Shown piece by piece: positions 40,331 through 52,067 of a DNA stretch of 64,000 bases. Both the position numbers and the translations under genes were made by a program. Below the pieces are notes generated by a model. That model had not been told where the DNA came from. It made no database searches and was given only the letters and a program-made list of their open reading frames with translations. Numbering within the stretch: position 1 is the first letter of the stretch; the number at the start of each line of letters is the position of its first letter. Source of the DNA: Octopus sinensis (lineage: Eukaryota); NCBI RefSeq assembly GCF_006345805.1, contig NC_043013.1:56668001-56732000 (forward strand), given 5' to 3'.

Positions 40331-40722
40331 GACCCTTAGCTGTATCGTATGTGGAAACCGACCAAGCAGGGTGACAATAGATTGCCCACTGAGGTAATAC
40401 GTCATCAGTTTCTTGATGAATCAGGATTAGATCTGCTCGTGGAGATCTTTTTATGAATTTTTTTCCTTTCCCTAAGACATATTTCTGTCAGTGTGAGTGA
40501 CTGTTTAAGGCAGCGGCCGTGGTGGAATTTCACTTCTCCTTTTTGGAGGACCAATCTTTTGTTTTAATATTCCTAGCCCAGGGTGTTCAAACTTGGTCTA
40601 AATTTTTTGATGAAATACAGTTCTTTATTTTGGCGTTGCGTGAAGGTTACGCTGTCACTGAATTTATAAAGCGGGTAAGTTGTAAATTTCGGATTTACAT
40701 TTCCAGCACATCTATCTATGTT

Positions 40723-40759
<37 letters not shown>

Positions 40760-40774
<15 letters not shown>

Positions 40775-42385
40775 TAATGTATAGATTCTAGTTTATAATA
40801 CAATCCAAAGTATATGAATACATATTAATAAAATGCATTGTATACGTGTTTCTGTTATATAATATATATTACATTTAATTTCACTATAGATTTTATGTAG
40901 TGTGTTGTACAATACACACACACACACACATATATAGTTGTTGTTGTGGTTTGACTTGAGGGCAGCTCTTTAACACTGTAGGCATACGATCAAAGATATT
41001 CCAGCTGTGACTATCTCATCAAATTTGCAGACATCATCTACGAAGGTGAAACAGAAGGAATGGAAGAATCTAGAAATAGTTAACACTAGTAACTAATTAG
41101 TCCAAGAAGTTCACAGAGGTGGAACAAATTATTCTGCCATCAGCAAGAGGAGACATTTGATGGCATTGTAACATATTTCAGTTGGTGAACATGAAATGAC
41201 TGTATTATCAGAGGTATCCTTCTTTTATTAATACAGTAAGGTATAGCTTGAAAGAGATTTGGCTGCTATATCTGCAAGGTCAAAACAACACAAAGATTCT
41301 TTTATTGATTCATTAGAATAACACTACCTCTTGTTGATTTTATTAAGCCCTAGGTCAGTCTTGAATTGAGCGAACTTATGATCAAAGGCATTCCAACAGT
41401 GACAATCCTGTCCTTTTGTATATTTAGGACAACTTTGCTTAGATTTGGCTGTTGTTTTTAGCATGTCTGACAGCTACGTTTCCATTTTACTAATGACATC
41501 ACTCTGAGTAACACTTAAATAATCATCTGAAGAGTACTTACAACTACTCCCCATTGACTCACAGAAAATTCTTGTGTTCTGGCAATAATTTCACTTCCAT
41601 TAAAACCACAATATGTAAGATATATACCATTATAATATATGTATTTTAAATAACAACAACAACAACAACAATAATAATGATAATATTTATAACATCTCAA
41701 GATGGTTACAATACCAATGATTGCAGGAGCACTTGGAATGATCAAAAAAGGAAGTGAAAATTATTTTAGAATGATCCCTAGCTTACCATCCATGCAGGAA
41801 GTGCAAAGGATTGTCTCAACTGGTTTGTCACATGTACTGAGAACATTGTTGCTGTGAATTTTCTTTCTTTTTTCCCTTTTTTCTTTGTTTACTTTCTTAT
41901 CTTTCAATTTTATTTTTCTCTCTGTCTTTCTTTCCCTTGTTATCCATCACATGACTTTGTAAATGAACGATTTGGTGTGTTTATTTTAATGACCAGCCAT
42001 TTCTCTACCCTAGGTGTCAGGAAGACACTTGGCAAGAAATGAAAACAATTGAAAGAAAATGATAATGAAAATAATAATAATAATAATAACAATAATAATC
42101 CTTTCTACTAAAGACATAAGGTCTAACGTTTGGAGAAAGCGGAGAGTTGATTACATCAATTCCAGTATGCAGCTGGTACTTATTTAATCAACCCCGAAAG
42201 AATGAAAGGTAATGTCGACTTCAGCAAGATTTGATCTCAGAACATAAAGGTGGATGAAATACCACAAAGCGTTTCATCCAGCATGCTACCAGTTTGCCAC
42301 CTGAATAATTTTAGTAATAACATATGCGTACATATACATAACTTGAAATATATAGCAGTTCATATTATCTATGTGTGTATATATG

Positions 42386-42416
<31 letters not shown>

Positions 42417-44064
42417 TATATATATTATATATATATATATATATATAATATATATAATGTATAGATTCTAGTTTATAATACAATCCAAAGTATATGAATA
42501 CATATTAATAAAATGCATTGTATACGTGTTTCTGTTATATAATATATATTACATTTAATTTCACTATAGATTTTATGTAGTGTGTTGTACAATACACACA
42601 CACACACACATATATAGTTGTTGTTGTGGTTTGACTTGAGGGCAGCTCTTTAACACTGTAGGCATACGATCAAAGATATTCCAGCTGTGACTATCTCATC
42701 AAATTTGCAGACATCATCTACGAAGGTGAAACAGAAGGAATGGAAGAATCTAGAAATAGTTAACACTAGTAACTAATTAGTCCAAGAAGTTCACAGAGGT
42801 GGAACAAATTATTCTGCCATCAGCAAGAGGAGACATTTGATGGCATTGTAACATATTTCAGTTGGTGAACATGAAATGACTGTATTATCAGAGGTATCCT
42901 TCTTTTATTAATACAGTAAGGTATAGCTTGAAAGAGATTTGGCTGCTATATCTGCAAGGTCAAAACAACACAAAGATTCTTTTATTGATTCATTAGAATA
43001 ACACTACCTCTTGTTGATTTTATTAAGCCCTAGGTCAGTCTTGAATTGAGCGAACTATGATCAAAGGCATTCCAACAGTGACAATCCTGTCCTTTTGTAT
43101 ATTTAGGACAACTTTGCTTAGATTTGGCTGTTGTTTTTAGCATGTCTGACAGCTACGTTTCCATTTTACTAATGACATCACTCTGAGTAACACTTAAATA
43201 ATCATCTGAAGAGTACTTACAACTACTCCCCATTGACTCACAGAAAATTCTTGTGTTCTGGCAATAATTTCACTTCCATTAAAACCACAATATGTAAGAT
43301 ATATACCATTATAATATATGTATTTTAAATAACAACAACAACAACAACAATAATAATGATAATATTTTAACATCTCAAGATGGTTACAATACCAATGATT
43401 GCAGGAGCACTTGGAATGATCAAAAAAGGAAGTGAAAATTATTTTAGAATGATCCCTAGCTTACCATCCATGCAGGAAGTGCAAAGGATTGTCTCAACTG
43501 GTTTGTCACATGTACTGAGAACATTGTTGCTGTGAATTTTCTTTTTTTTTCCCTTTTTTCTTTGTTTACTTTCTTATCTTTCAATTTTATTTTTTCTCTC
43601 TGTCTTTCTTTCCCTTGTTATCCATCACATGACTTTGTAAATGAACGATTTGGTGTGTTTATTTTAATGACCAGCCATTTCTCTACCCTAGGTGTCAGGA
43701 AGACACTTGGCAAGAAATGAAAACAATTGAAAGAAAATGATAATGAAAATAATAATAATAATAATAACAATAATAATCCTTTCTACTAAAGACATAAGGT
43801 CTAACGTTTGGAGAAAGCGGAGAGTTGATTACATCAATTCCAGTATGCAGCTGGTACTTATTTAATCAACCCCGAAAGAATGAAAGGTAATGTCGACTTC
43901 AGCAAGATTTGATCTCAGAACATAAAGGTGGATGAAATACCACAAAGCGTTTCATCCAGCATGCTACCAGTTTGCCACCTGAATAATTTTAGTAATAACA
44001 TATGCGTACATATACATAACTTGAAATATATAGCAGTTCATATATATCTATGTGTGTATATATG

Positions 44065-44095
<31 letters not shown>

Positions 44096-44100
44096 TATAT
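40760..44100. repeat. 1680-bp tandem duplication with breakpoints in (TA)n
   Basis: ATAGATTCTA at 40781 and 42461; the differences seen are small indels. Confidence 0.92.
41691..42070 (+). mobile_element. Dong-like LINE 3' end (duplicated at ~43370-43750)
   Basis: TIPMIAGALGMIKKGSENY..QEVQRIVSTGLSHVLR; (AAC/AAT)n flanks. Confidence 0.75.
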
Positions 44101-44121
44101 ATATTATATATATATATATAA

Positions 44122-44157
<36 letters not shown>

Positions 44158-44524
44158 TGTGTGTGTGTGTGTGTGTGAGTGTGTGCATGTATATATATAT
44201 GTGTGTATTGTGTATTCATGTCTATGTGTCTGTACATACACATGAGTGCAGACATAAAATCTATAATCAGACATATGACAGCTTTGGCACTTACTTGTAG
44301 CTGACAACCTTTATTTATAAATCAGTTTTACTGTCACATTCTCTCTCCACCTCTCTCTCTCTCCCCTTCCTTCTCTCCGCTCCCCATCTCTCTCTCACTT
44401 CCCCTCTGATACTGGAATACATGAGAATTGTTATATTTCCTCTTGTGTGAAATACATATATACAGCGATGTGTGTGTGTTTGAGTATACACAAACACACA
44501 TACATACATACATACATACATACA

Positions 44525-44560
<36 letters not shown>

Positions 44561-44769
44561 TATATATGTATATATATAAACATAAATATATACACACATA
44601 CAGATATATATATATATATATATATATATACGTATTTCAAAATAGAAAATTACCCTTTAACAGGTAATTTTTACATGCTAGAAATAGCAGCCAAACACGG
44701 CCAAAAACCACAATTTTATAGCAAATTTCGAAGTACATGAAAAATAAAAACCTTTACCTTGTTATATAA

Positions 44770-44881
44770 CGGTTATACCAATGGTTTCAAATTTCTTTAG
44801 CAAATAATATTGCTTGCCATCTTTTAATAGATAATTTAGCAAGACCATATTATCTACCAGGCGAATTCTCGTCAGTAACGG
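44770..44881 (-). ncRNA. Type I hammerhead ribozyme, unit 1
   Basis: CGTTA-CTGACGA-GAATTC..GAAATTT-GAAA-CCATTGG-TA-TAACCG. Confidence 0.8.
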
Positions 44882-45230
44882 CCAAAACAACTAACTTCTA
44901 ATTCAGAGACCAGATAACACGTGTCCCATCATTATATACTATAATTTTTCAAATATCGTTCGCAGGCACATTTACAGTCAGCAATAGATACAATGCTGAG
45001 CTGAAACCTCGAGAATGCTAAGAACATATCATAAGGTGCATATAGGGTGGCGAATACTCATTATAAATATCACCACCAGTGGCCTAGCATGTATAAAAGA
45101 AAATAGAAAATTCCCCTTTAACAGGTAATTTTTACATGCTAGAAATAGCAGCCAAACACGGCCAAAAACCACAATTTTATAGCAAATTTCGAAGTACATG
45201 AAAAATAAAAACCTTTACCTTGTTATATAA

Positions 45231-45342
45231 CGGTTATACCAATGGTTTCAAATTTCTTTAGCAAATAATATTGCTTGCCATCTTTTAATAGATAATTTAG
45301 CAAGACCATATTATCTACCAGGCGAATTCTCGTCAGTAACCG
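45231..45342 (-). ncRNA. Type I hammerhead ribozyme, unit 2
   Basis: CGGTTA-CTGACGA-GAATTC..GAAATTT-GAAA-CCATTGG-TA-TAACCG: perfect 6-bp stem I, GUA cleavage triplet. Confidence 0.85.
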
Positions 45343-45892
45343 GCCAAAACAACTAACTTCTAATTCAGAGACCAGATAACACGTGTCCCATCATTATATA
45401 CTATAATTTTTCAAATATCGTTCGCAGGCACATTTACAGTCAGCAATAGATACAATGCTGAGCTGAAACCTCGAGAATGCTAAGAACATATTCATAAGGT
45501 GCATATAGGGTGGCGAATACTCATTATAAATATCACCACCAGTGGCCTAGCATGTATAAAAAGAAAATAGAAAATTCCCCTTTAACAGGTAATTTTTACA
45601 TGCTAGAAATAGCAGCCAAACACGGCTAAAGAAATTCGAAACCATTGGTATAACCGTTATATAACAAGGTAAAGGTTTTTTATTTTTCATGTACTTCGAA
45701 ATTTGCTATAAAATTGTGGTTTTTGGCCGTGTTTGGCTGCTATTTCTAACATGTAAAAATTACCTGTTAAAGGGTAATTTTCTATTTTGAAATACGAATA
45801 TGTTGTCTATTGACTTTTTATACATGCTAGGCTACTGGTGGTGATATTTATAACGAGTATTCGCCACCCTATATATATGTAACGTATATATA

Positions 45893-47460
45893 AGTCTACC
45901 AGAAATGTCCAGCCGTTACCACCACTCCAACAGGAAGAAAACGTGCCACCTATCCTTGTCAGTGAGGTTGAAAGAGCCATCGGCTCGATGAAAAACGGAA
46001 AGCTCCAGGGAAAGACGGTATAACATCGGAGGTGCTAAAGTCAGGCAGAGAGCAGCTCTGGAAAATCCTCGCTGAGCGATTTACGCACTATCTAGACGAG
46101 GGAAGAATTCCCTCGCAGTGGAAAGAGTCAAATACCATCCTGCTGTATAAGAAGGGCGACAGAGAAGATCTAAAGAGCTACCGACCCATATGCCTGCTGT
46201 CTCACGTGTACAAGCTGTTCACGAAGATAATTCTGAACAGGTTGTCACGTCGTCTCAACGAACAACAACCGAGGGAGCAAGAAGGCTTCCGGAAGAACTA
46301 CAGCACAATGGACTATATATTTGCTCTAGCGCAACTGCTTGAGCGAGCAAATGAGTACCAGCTGCCTCTTTGCGTTGCGTTTATAGATTATGAGAAGGCC
46401 TTCGATAGCGTCGAAACCAACGCAGTGCTGAACTCGCTGCAGAGGCAAGGAATCGAAGCGCAATATGTGCAGCTGCTCAGAGAGGCAAATTCCGGATGCA
46501 CCTCCGACATAGCTCTACTGTCATCACCCATACGAGTGCCGGTCGAGAAGGGAGTGAAGCAAGGAGATACAATCACCCCAAAACTTTTCACTGCATGTCT
46601 CGAACAGATCATCAGAGGCATCGAATGGCAAGGTGGTGTCAACATCAATGGCGAGCTCCTCACTCACCTCCGTTTCGCTGACGACATCGTACTCATCGCT
46701 GAAAACATGGATCAGCTTCAGACCATGCTGACGGAGCTCGACATCAAAAGTTCTGCAGTAGGTCTCAAGATGAACCGCATGAAAACAAAGTTCATGCGGT
46801 CAGACAACGTACCAACAGGTCGAATGGTGATCGGCAGTGATGAAATAGAGGAGGTGAGAGAATATGTCTACCTGGGACAGGAAGTAAATATGTGCCAGGA
46901 TATCAAAACGGAGATCTCACGGAGAGTAAGGGCCGGATGGAAGGCGTTCAATGGCATAAGGGATGTGCTCAAGGGAAGGTTGGACAGGACCACCCGCGCC
47001 AACCTCATTAACAGTGCAGTTCTGCCTGCAATGTTATATGGTAGTGAAACATGGGCTACCACAAAGAGAGAAGAGCAAAGACTGGTAACCGCTCAAAGTG
47101 CCATGGAAAGGTCAAAGCTTGGTATCTCGTTGAGAGAGCACATAAGTAGCAAGATCATCAGAAAGAAGTCCAGCGTGAGAGATGTCATCGCAGAGTATAA
47201 TCGCAGCAAATATAGATGGGCTGGACACGTCGCCCGGCTCACCGATAATCGGTGGACGTACGCAGTTGTCGAGTGGTACCCGCGTGAGCTGAAAAGACCA
47301 CCCAGAAGACCTCCACGACGGTGGAGTGACGATTTCAAGAGGACGATTGGGATCACGTGGATGAGAGAGCCGCGATCCAGAGAGGAGTGGACAGCATGCT
47401 GTGACCAGCAGTGTCAAATGGATGCCTGACGGACCGGTCGGTCAAAGTGATCAAAGTGAT
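45893..47460 (+). mobile_element. Young 5'-truncated RTE-clade LINE
   Basis: RT ORF to the natural stop, very short 3' UTR ending (TCAAAGTGA)2, (TA)n flanks, markedly GC-richer than its surroundings. Confidence 0.95.
46032..47429 (+). CDS. RTE non-LTR reverse transcriptase (partial ORF, 465 aa)
   Basis: YRPICLLS, FIDYEKAFDSV, GVKQGD, LRFADD, YVYLG, RWAGHVAR; homology extends upstream (KAPGKDGI) across one frameshift near 46000. Confidence 0.95.
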   Translation: MLKSGREQLWKILAERFTHYLDEGRIPSQWKESNTILLYKKGDREDLKSYRPICLLSHVYKLFTKIILNRLSRRLNEQQPREQEGFRKNYSTMDYIFALAQLLERANEYQLPLCVAFIDYEKAFDSVETNAVLNSLQRQGIEAQYVQLLREANSGCTSDIALLSSPIRVPVEKGVKQGDTITPKLFTACLEQIIRGIEWQGGVNINGELLTHLRFADDIVLIAENMDQLQTMLTELDIKSSAVGLKMNRMKTKFMRSDNVPTGRMVIGSDEIEEVREYVYLGQEVNMCQDIKTEISRRVRAGWKAFNGIRDVLKGRLDRTTRANLINSAVLPAMLYGSETWATTKREEQRLVTAQSAMERSKLGISLREHISSKIIRKKSSVRDVIAEYNRSKYRWAGHVARLTDNRWTYAVVEWYPRELKRPPRRPPRRWSDDFKRTIGITWMREPRSREEWTACCDQQCQMDA

Positions 47461-47470
47461 ATATACATAC

Positions 47471-47571
<101 letters not shown>

Positions 47572-47772
47572 ATATATGTATATATATGTATATATACGTT
47601 TAAATATTTGTTGTGCAAGATTTTTTATGTGAAGTCGTGAGTTGAAACAGATATTGTTATATTTCGGAATGGTCATATTGCCAGTTTAGCCAATAAAAAC
47701 ACACGCACTATATATTTGGTGTTATTTTGCTTCAGTGATATTTATTTTTTACATTAATCTTAATCTTATTTC

Positions 47773-47817
47773 GGCCAGAGTTCTTTCGTCACACTCCTGT
47801 GACTGCATCAGTGGTCC
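47773..47817 (-). ncRNA. Minimal type I HHR-like motif with variant core CUGAUGCA
   Basis: GGACCA-CTGATGCA-GTCACA-GGAG-TGTGAC-GAAA-GAAC-TC-TGGCC. Confidence 0.6.
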
Positions 47818-48364
47818 TTTGTTTTCTTCTCACTTATTTGTGTCTCTCCTTACTAACCGTCAGCCATTTTGTATTTCTATTGTATGTCTTCATTTGCACA
47901 TGCTTATATCTCTATGTGCATCTATGTTTATTTAGTGTGTGTGGGGGGGATGCCTGTAATATTTGTATCTTCTGTTTATATACATTCATGTAATTTGTAT
48001 TTTTTTTTGTTGTTGTTGCTTTTGTTCTAATTTTGTTCATGTGTTTACATTCACCCATTATTATCATTACATATGCTTGTATGTATGTATATCAACAATA
48101 TTAGTAATAATAATAATAAATCTAATCGAAAAAAAAAAATATAATATATACATATATATATATATATATGTATATATATGTATATATACGTTTAAATATT
48201 TGTTGTGCAAGATTTTTTATGTGAAGTCGTGAGTTGAAACAGATATTGTTATATTTCGGAATGGTCATATTGCCAGTTTAGCCAATAAAAACACACGCAC
48301 TATATATTTGGTGTTATTTTGCTTCAGTGATATTTATTTTTTACATTAATCTTAATCTTATTTC

Positions 48365-48409
48365 GGCCAGAGTTCTTTCGTCACACTCCTGTGACTGCAT
48401 CAGTGGTCC
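48365..48409 (-). ncRNA. Second copy of the variant HHR-like motif
   Basis: Identical to 47773-47817, offset by 592 bp. Confidence 0.6.
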
Positions 48410-48752
48410 TTTGTTTTCTTCTCACTTATTTGTGTCTCTCCTTACTAACCGTCAGCCATTTTGTATTTCTATTGTATGTCTTCATTTGCACATGCTTATA
48501 TCTCTATGTGCATCTATGTTTATTTAGTGTGTGTGGGGGGGATGCCTGTAATATTTGTATCTTCTGTTTATATACATTCATGTAATTTGTATTTTTTTTT
48601 GTTGTTGTTGCTTTTGTTCTAATTTTGTTCATGTGTTTACATTCACCCATTATTATCATTACATATGCTTGTATGTATGTATATCAACAATATTAGTAAT
48701 AATAATAATAAATCTAATCGAAAAAAAAAAATATATATATATACATATATAT

Positions 48753-49102
48753 ACTGCGTGGCATCTTGGGCAAGTGTCTTCTGCTATAGCCCCGGGCCGA
48801 CCAATGCCTTGTGAGTGGATTTGGTAGACGGAAACTGAAAGAAGCCTGTCGTATATATGTATATATATATATGTATGTGTGTGTGTTTGTGTGTCTGTGT
48901 TTGTCCCCCTAGCATTGCCTGACAACCGATGCTGGTGTGTTTACGTCCCCGTCACTTAGCGGTTCGGCAAAAGAGACCGATAGAATAAGTACTGGGCTTA
49001 CAAAGAATAAGTTCCGGGGTCGATTTGCTCGACTAAAGGCGGTGCTCCAGCATGGCCGCAGTCAAATGACTGAAACAAGTAAAAGAGTAAAAGAGTAAGA
49101 GT
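48753..49102 (+). mobile_element. SINE family A, young, 5'-truncated
   Basis: CpG-rich; ends (AAAAGAGT)n. Confidence 0.9.
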
Positions 49103-49128
49103 ATATACACATATATATACACATATAC

Positions 49129-49180
<52 letters not shown>

Positions 49181-49308
49181 ATATATATATATATATATAT
49201 AATATACATACATATACATACATAGATATATATACATATATATAGTTATTCATTTCTATTTGTTTATTTATCTGTGTTTATTTATTATGGTTTCGGGATC
49301 CTCTATCG

Positions 49309-49776
49309 TCATATGTTGTGGTGTGTGCTATTGCTCCATTCTAGTTTTCTATTCAGGCTAGGTTTATTTTCTATTATATGTGTAGCTTCTGTAATTTGTC
49401 TAATTGTTGCATCTGTTCTATGTGTGGACAATATCTTGATCTCTATGTTATTGATTGATCCCCCATGTTCCTGTTTGGCGTGTTGGTACAGAATCGATAA
49501 GCTTTTACCTTCCTTGAGTTGTCTCCAATGTTCATTCACCCGCTCTTCTATGCTTCTTGCCGTTTCCCCTACGTATGTTATTGTCCTGTTACTGCATCGT
49601 CCCTCTATACATCTTATACTATAGACTACATTTCTGGCTTCACAGTTTGTTTGTGGGCTAAATCTACATACAGTACAGTACTTATCCGTACTGGGGGTTC
49701 TACTAAAAGGATAGGTTCTACCAATTATAGATTTGATAGGGTTGCCTGGCTTTTCAACAACCTTTCTTTCATATAT
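49309..49776 (-). pseudogene. Penelope-like GIY-YIG endonuclease domain with upstream Cys-rich linker
   Basis: Stop-free ~155 codons: YCTVC..NCEARNVVYSIRC..TYVGETARSIEERVNEH..EATHI..KPSLNRKLEW. Confidence 0.9.
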
Positions 49777-49809
49777 TTATATTTTTAATATATATATATA
49801 TATGTAAAC

Positions 49810-50900
49810 TGAGTATTCTCCTTTTTGCTTATCATTCAAGTCACAGACTACTATAATCACCAGTTGATTGGAAGAGCGGTCAGTATTTTGCGTTAGTTTT
49901 ATGGACAAAGCAGTGGGTTTGAACCTTGCAATCATCTTCATTATCTGCTCTCTAAAGCTTGCCTGTTGTCATTATTTCACTTGCCAATTCGTTGCTTGTT
50001 ATTCTTTCATTGATCGTTTTTTGCTATTATATCCTCGTCTTTATTTCTAGCTCAAACTTCTTTTTCAGAGTATTTCGATAATTCTTTTGTCATTGGTTAC
50101 GACTGCACATCTTTGCTTGCTGTCCTGGCTCTCCTTGTTCATTACAGAATCGCATATTGCTTTTCTGAATTTGCTTATTTGTTTATTGTTTTTCCTTAGT
50201 TTTAACAGAGCTTGTACTGTATGTAACTATCAATTACAACATTGTCTTCTGATTTGCTAATTATATCTAGCTTATATAATTGTTTTTCAATGACCAGCTC
50301 AGCAATCATATTTTCCATCTGTTGAATATTGTTATCACATCCTGTTTCTCTAAAATAAAAATCTGTCTCATTCTTAACTTGCTATTTTGCATCTGATGTC
50401 ACTTGAAATGTTTGAAATGTATTATATGTAGGGATCCGTTTTGCATCTGGCATCTTTAATTTGTCACTATTTTCAGTAGGTTCTATTCATTGGGTTTGTC
50501 GTTGCATTGCAGTTGGCATTTTTGTGCCTTAATTGCTATTTTCCCTTCTGATGAGAAATTGTATATTTTCTACTTGCAATTTGGATCAGCTTTTACAATG
50601 GAATTATTCTACTGACAGCTTTATTGCATCATATTTAAAGAATGAACTGAAGACATTTGTGTAAAGGGTTGCATTGTCTAATACTTCCAGTTACGTATTT
50701 ATGTTTGTATAATACTTTGATAGCAACATCACACTCTTTTTATGAATATTGTGGATAGATTGTATATGTTATACATACCTGGCTTTAAATGTTTTCCTGT
50801 TGCTCTGCTGGAGTTTTTGTCACTTTTGTTTTTACAGTACTGTTGCTTTATAAATTACTTCTGTGTTTAGGTATTACCGTTCAGCAGACACGTCTCTTAG
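49810..50900 (-). mobile_element. Probable PLE N-terminal ORF remnant
   Basis: A-rich, stop-riddled minus strand directly upstream of the GIY-YIG piece; no diagnostic motif. Confidence 0.3.
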
Positions 50901-51396
50901 AACTGGTAGCGATGAAAGCAACTAATGTCATAAATAAATCAATATGAAGTCTTTATCAATAGTATTGGGGGAAAGCTACTTAGAGTGATGTGTGATGTAG
51001 TCTGTTTCACGGGTGTAACAATAAAAAGGTTTCAGCTCATGATACTAGTTTATGTGTCAGAGAACCAATGGGAAGAGGAAGAATAAAGAACAATGAGAAC
51101 TTTGAAAAGAATATGTGTTCCTTGTACAGTATAAATGTAGTTAAGAAATGTTTTGAATTTATGTGAGAATCAAAATAAAGAGATGTATATTTCATCTGGG
51201 GTGAAGTCCCTCATTTGGTTTTGACACCAGCTTTTGTGCCATGACTACATTAATGAATGCAAGTAACACATTGGTTTAATTGCATATTAATTAAATCAAT
51301 CAATCAATTATACAATACGAAGGCATCATCTGCCAGGAGTAGAGAATCACCAACAAATAATGGATGCAACAAGGCACTGTTACAGCACATGCTCTA

Positions 51397-52060
<664 letters not shown>

Positions 52061-52067
52061 CAAAATA

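Larger units (their letters stand above)
39601..40712 (-). mobile_element. Penelope-like element 3' part (GIY-YIG C-terminus + pseudo-LTR)
   Basis: QRQNKELYFIKKFRPSLN ending at 40573, then tandem repeats, a decayed HHR and the terminal GTAAGTTTGGATTTACTCCCTAATATTA motif. Confidence 0.8.
44631..45875 (-). mobile_element. Retrozyme-like array: ~461-bp HHR-bearing units (2 full + 1 partial) plus an inverted partial copy
   Basis: Unit starts at 44639, 45100 and 45564; 45626-45875 is the reverse complement of unit sequence; no ORF. Confidence 0.8.
47597..48730 (-). repeat. 592-bp tandem duplication of a PLE-terminus-like unit
   Basis: Units start at 47597 and 48189, separated by (TA)n. Confidence 0.9.

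Noticed and set aside
45030-45090. HDV-like ribozyme on the plus strand of the 461-bp unit (GGCGAAT motif)
   Set aside because: Could not build P1, P3/L3 or P1.1 in the required order.
46388-47417. Antisense and alternative-frame ORFs over the RTE
   Set aside because: Shadow frames of a GC-rich ORF with no motifs.
49280-49320. HHR at the end of the GIY-YIG ORF (ATGACGA..CCCGAAACCAT)
   Set aside because: C3 is missing and there is no UH triplet or stem I; at most a fossil.
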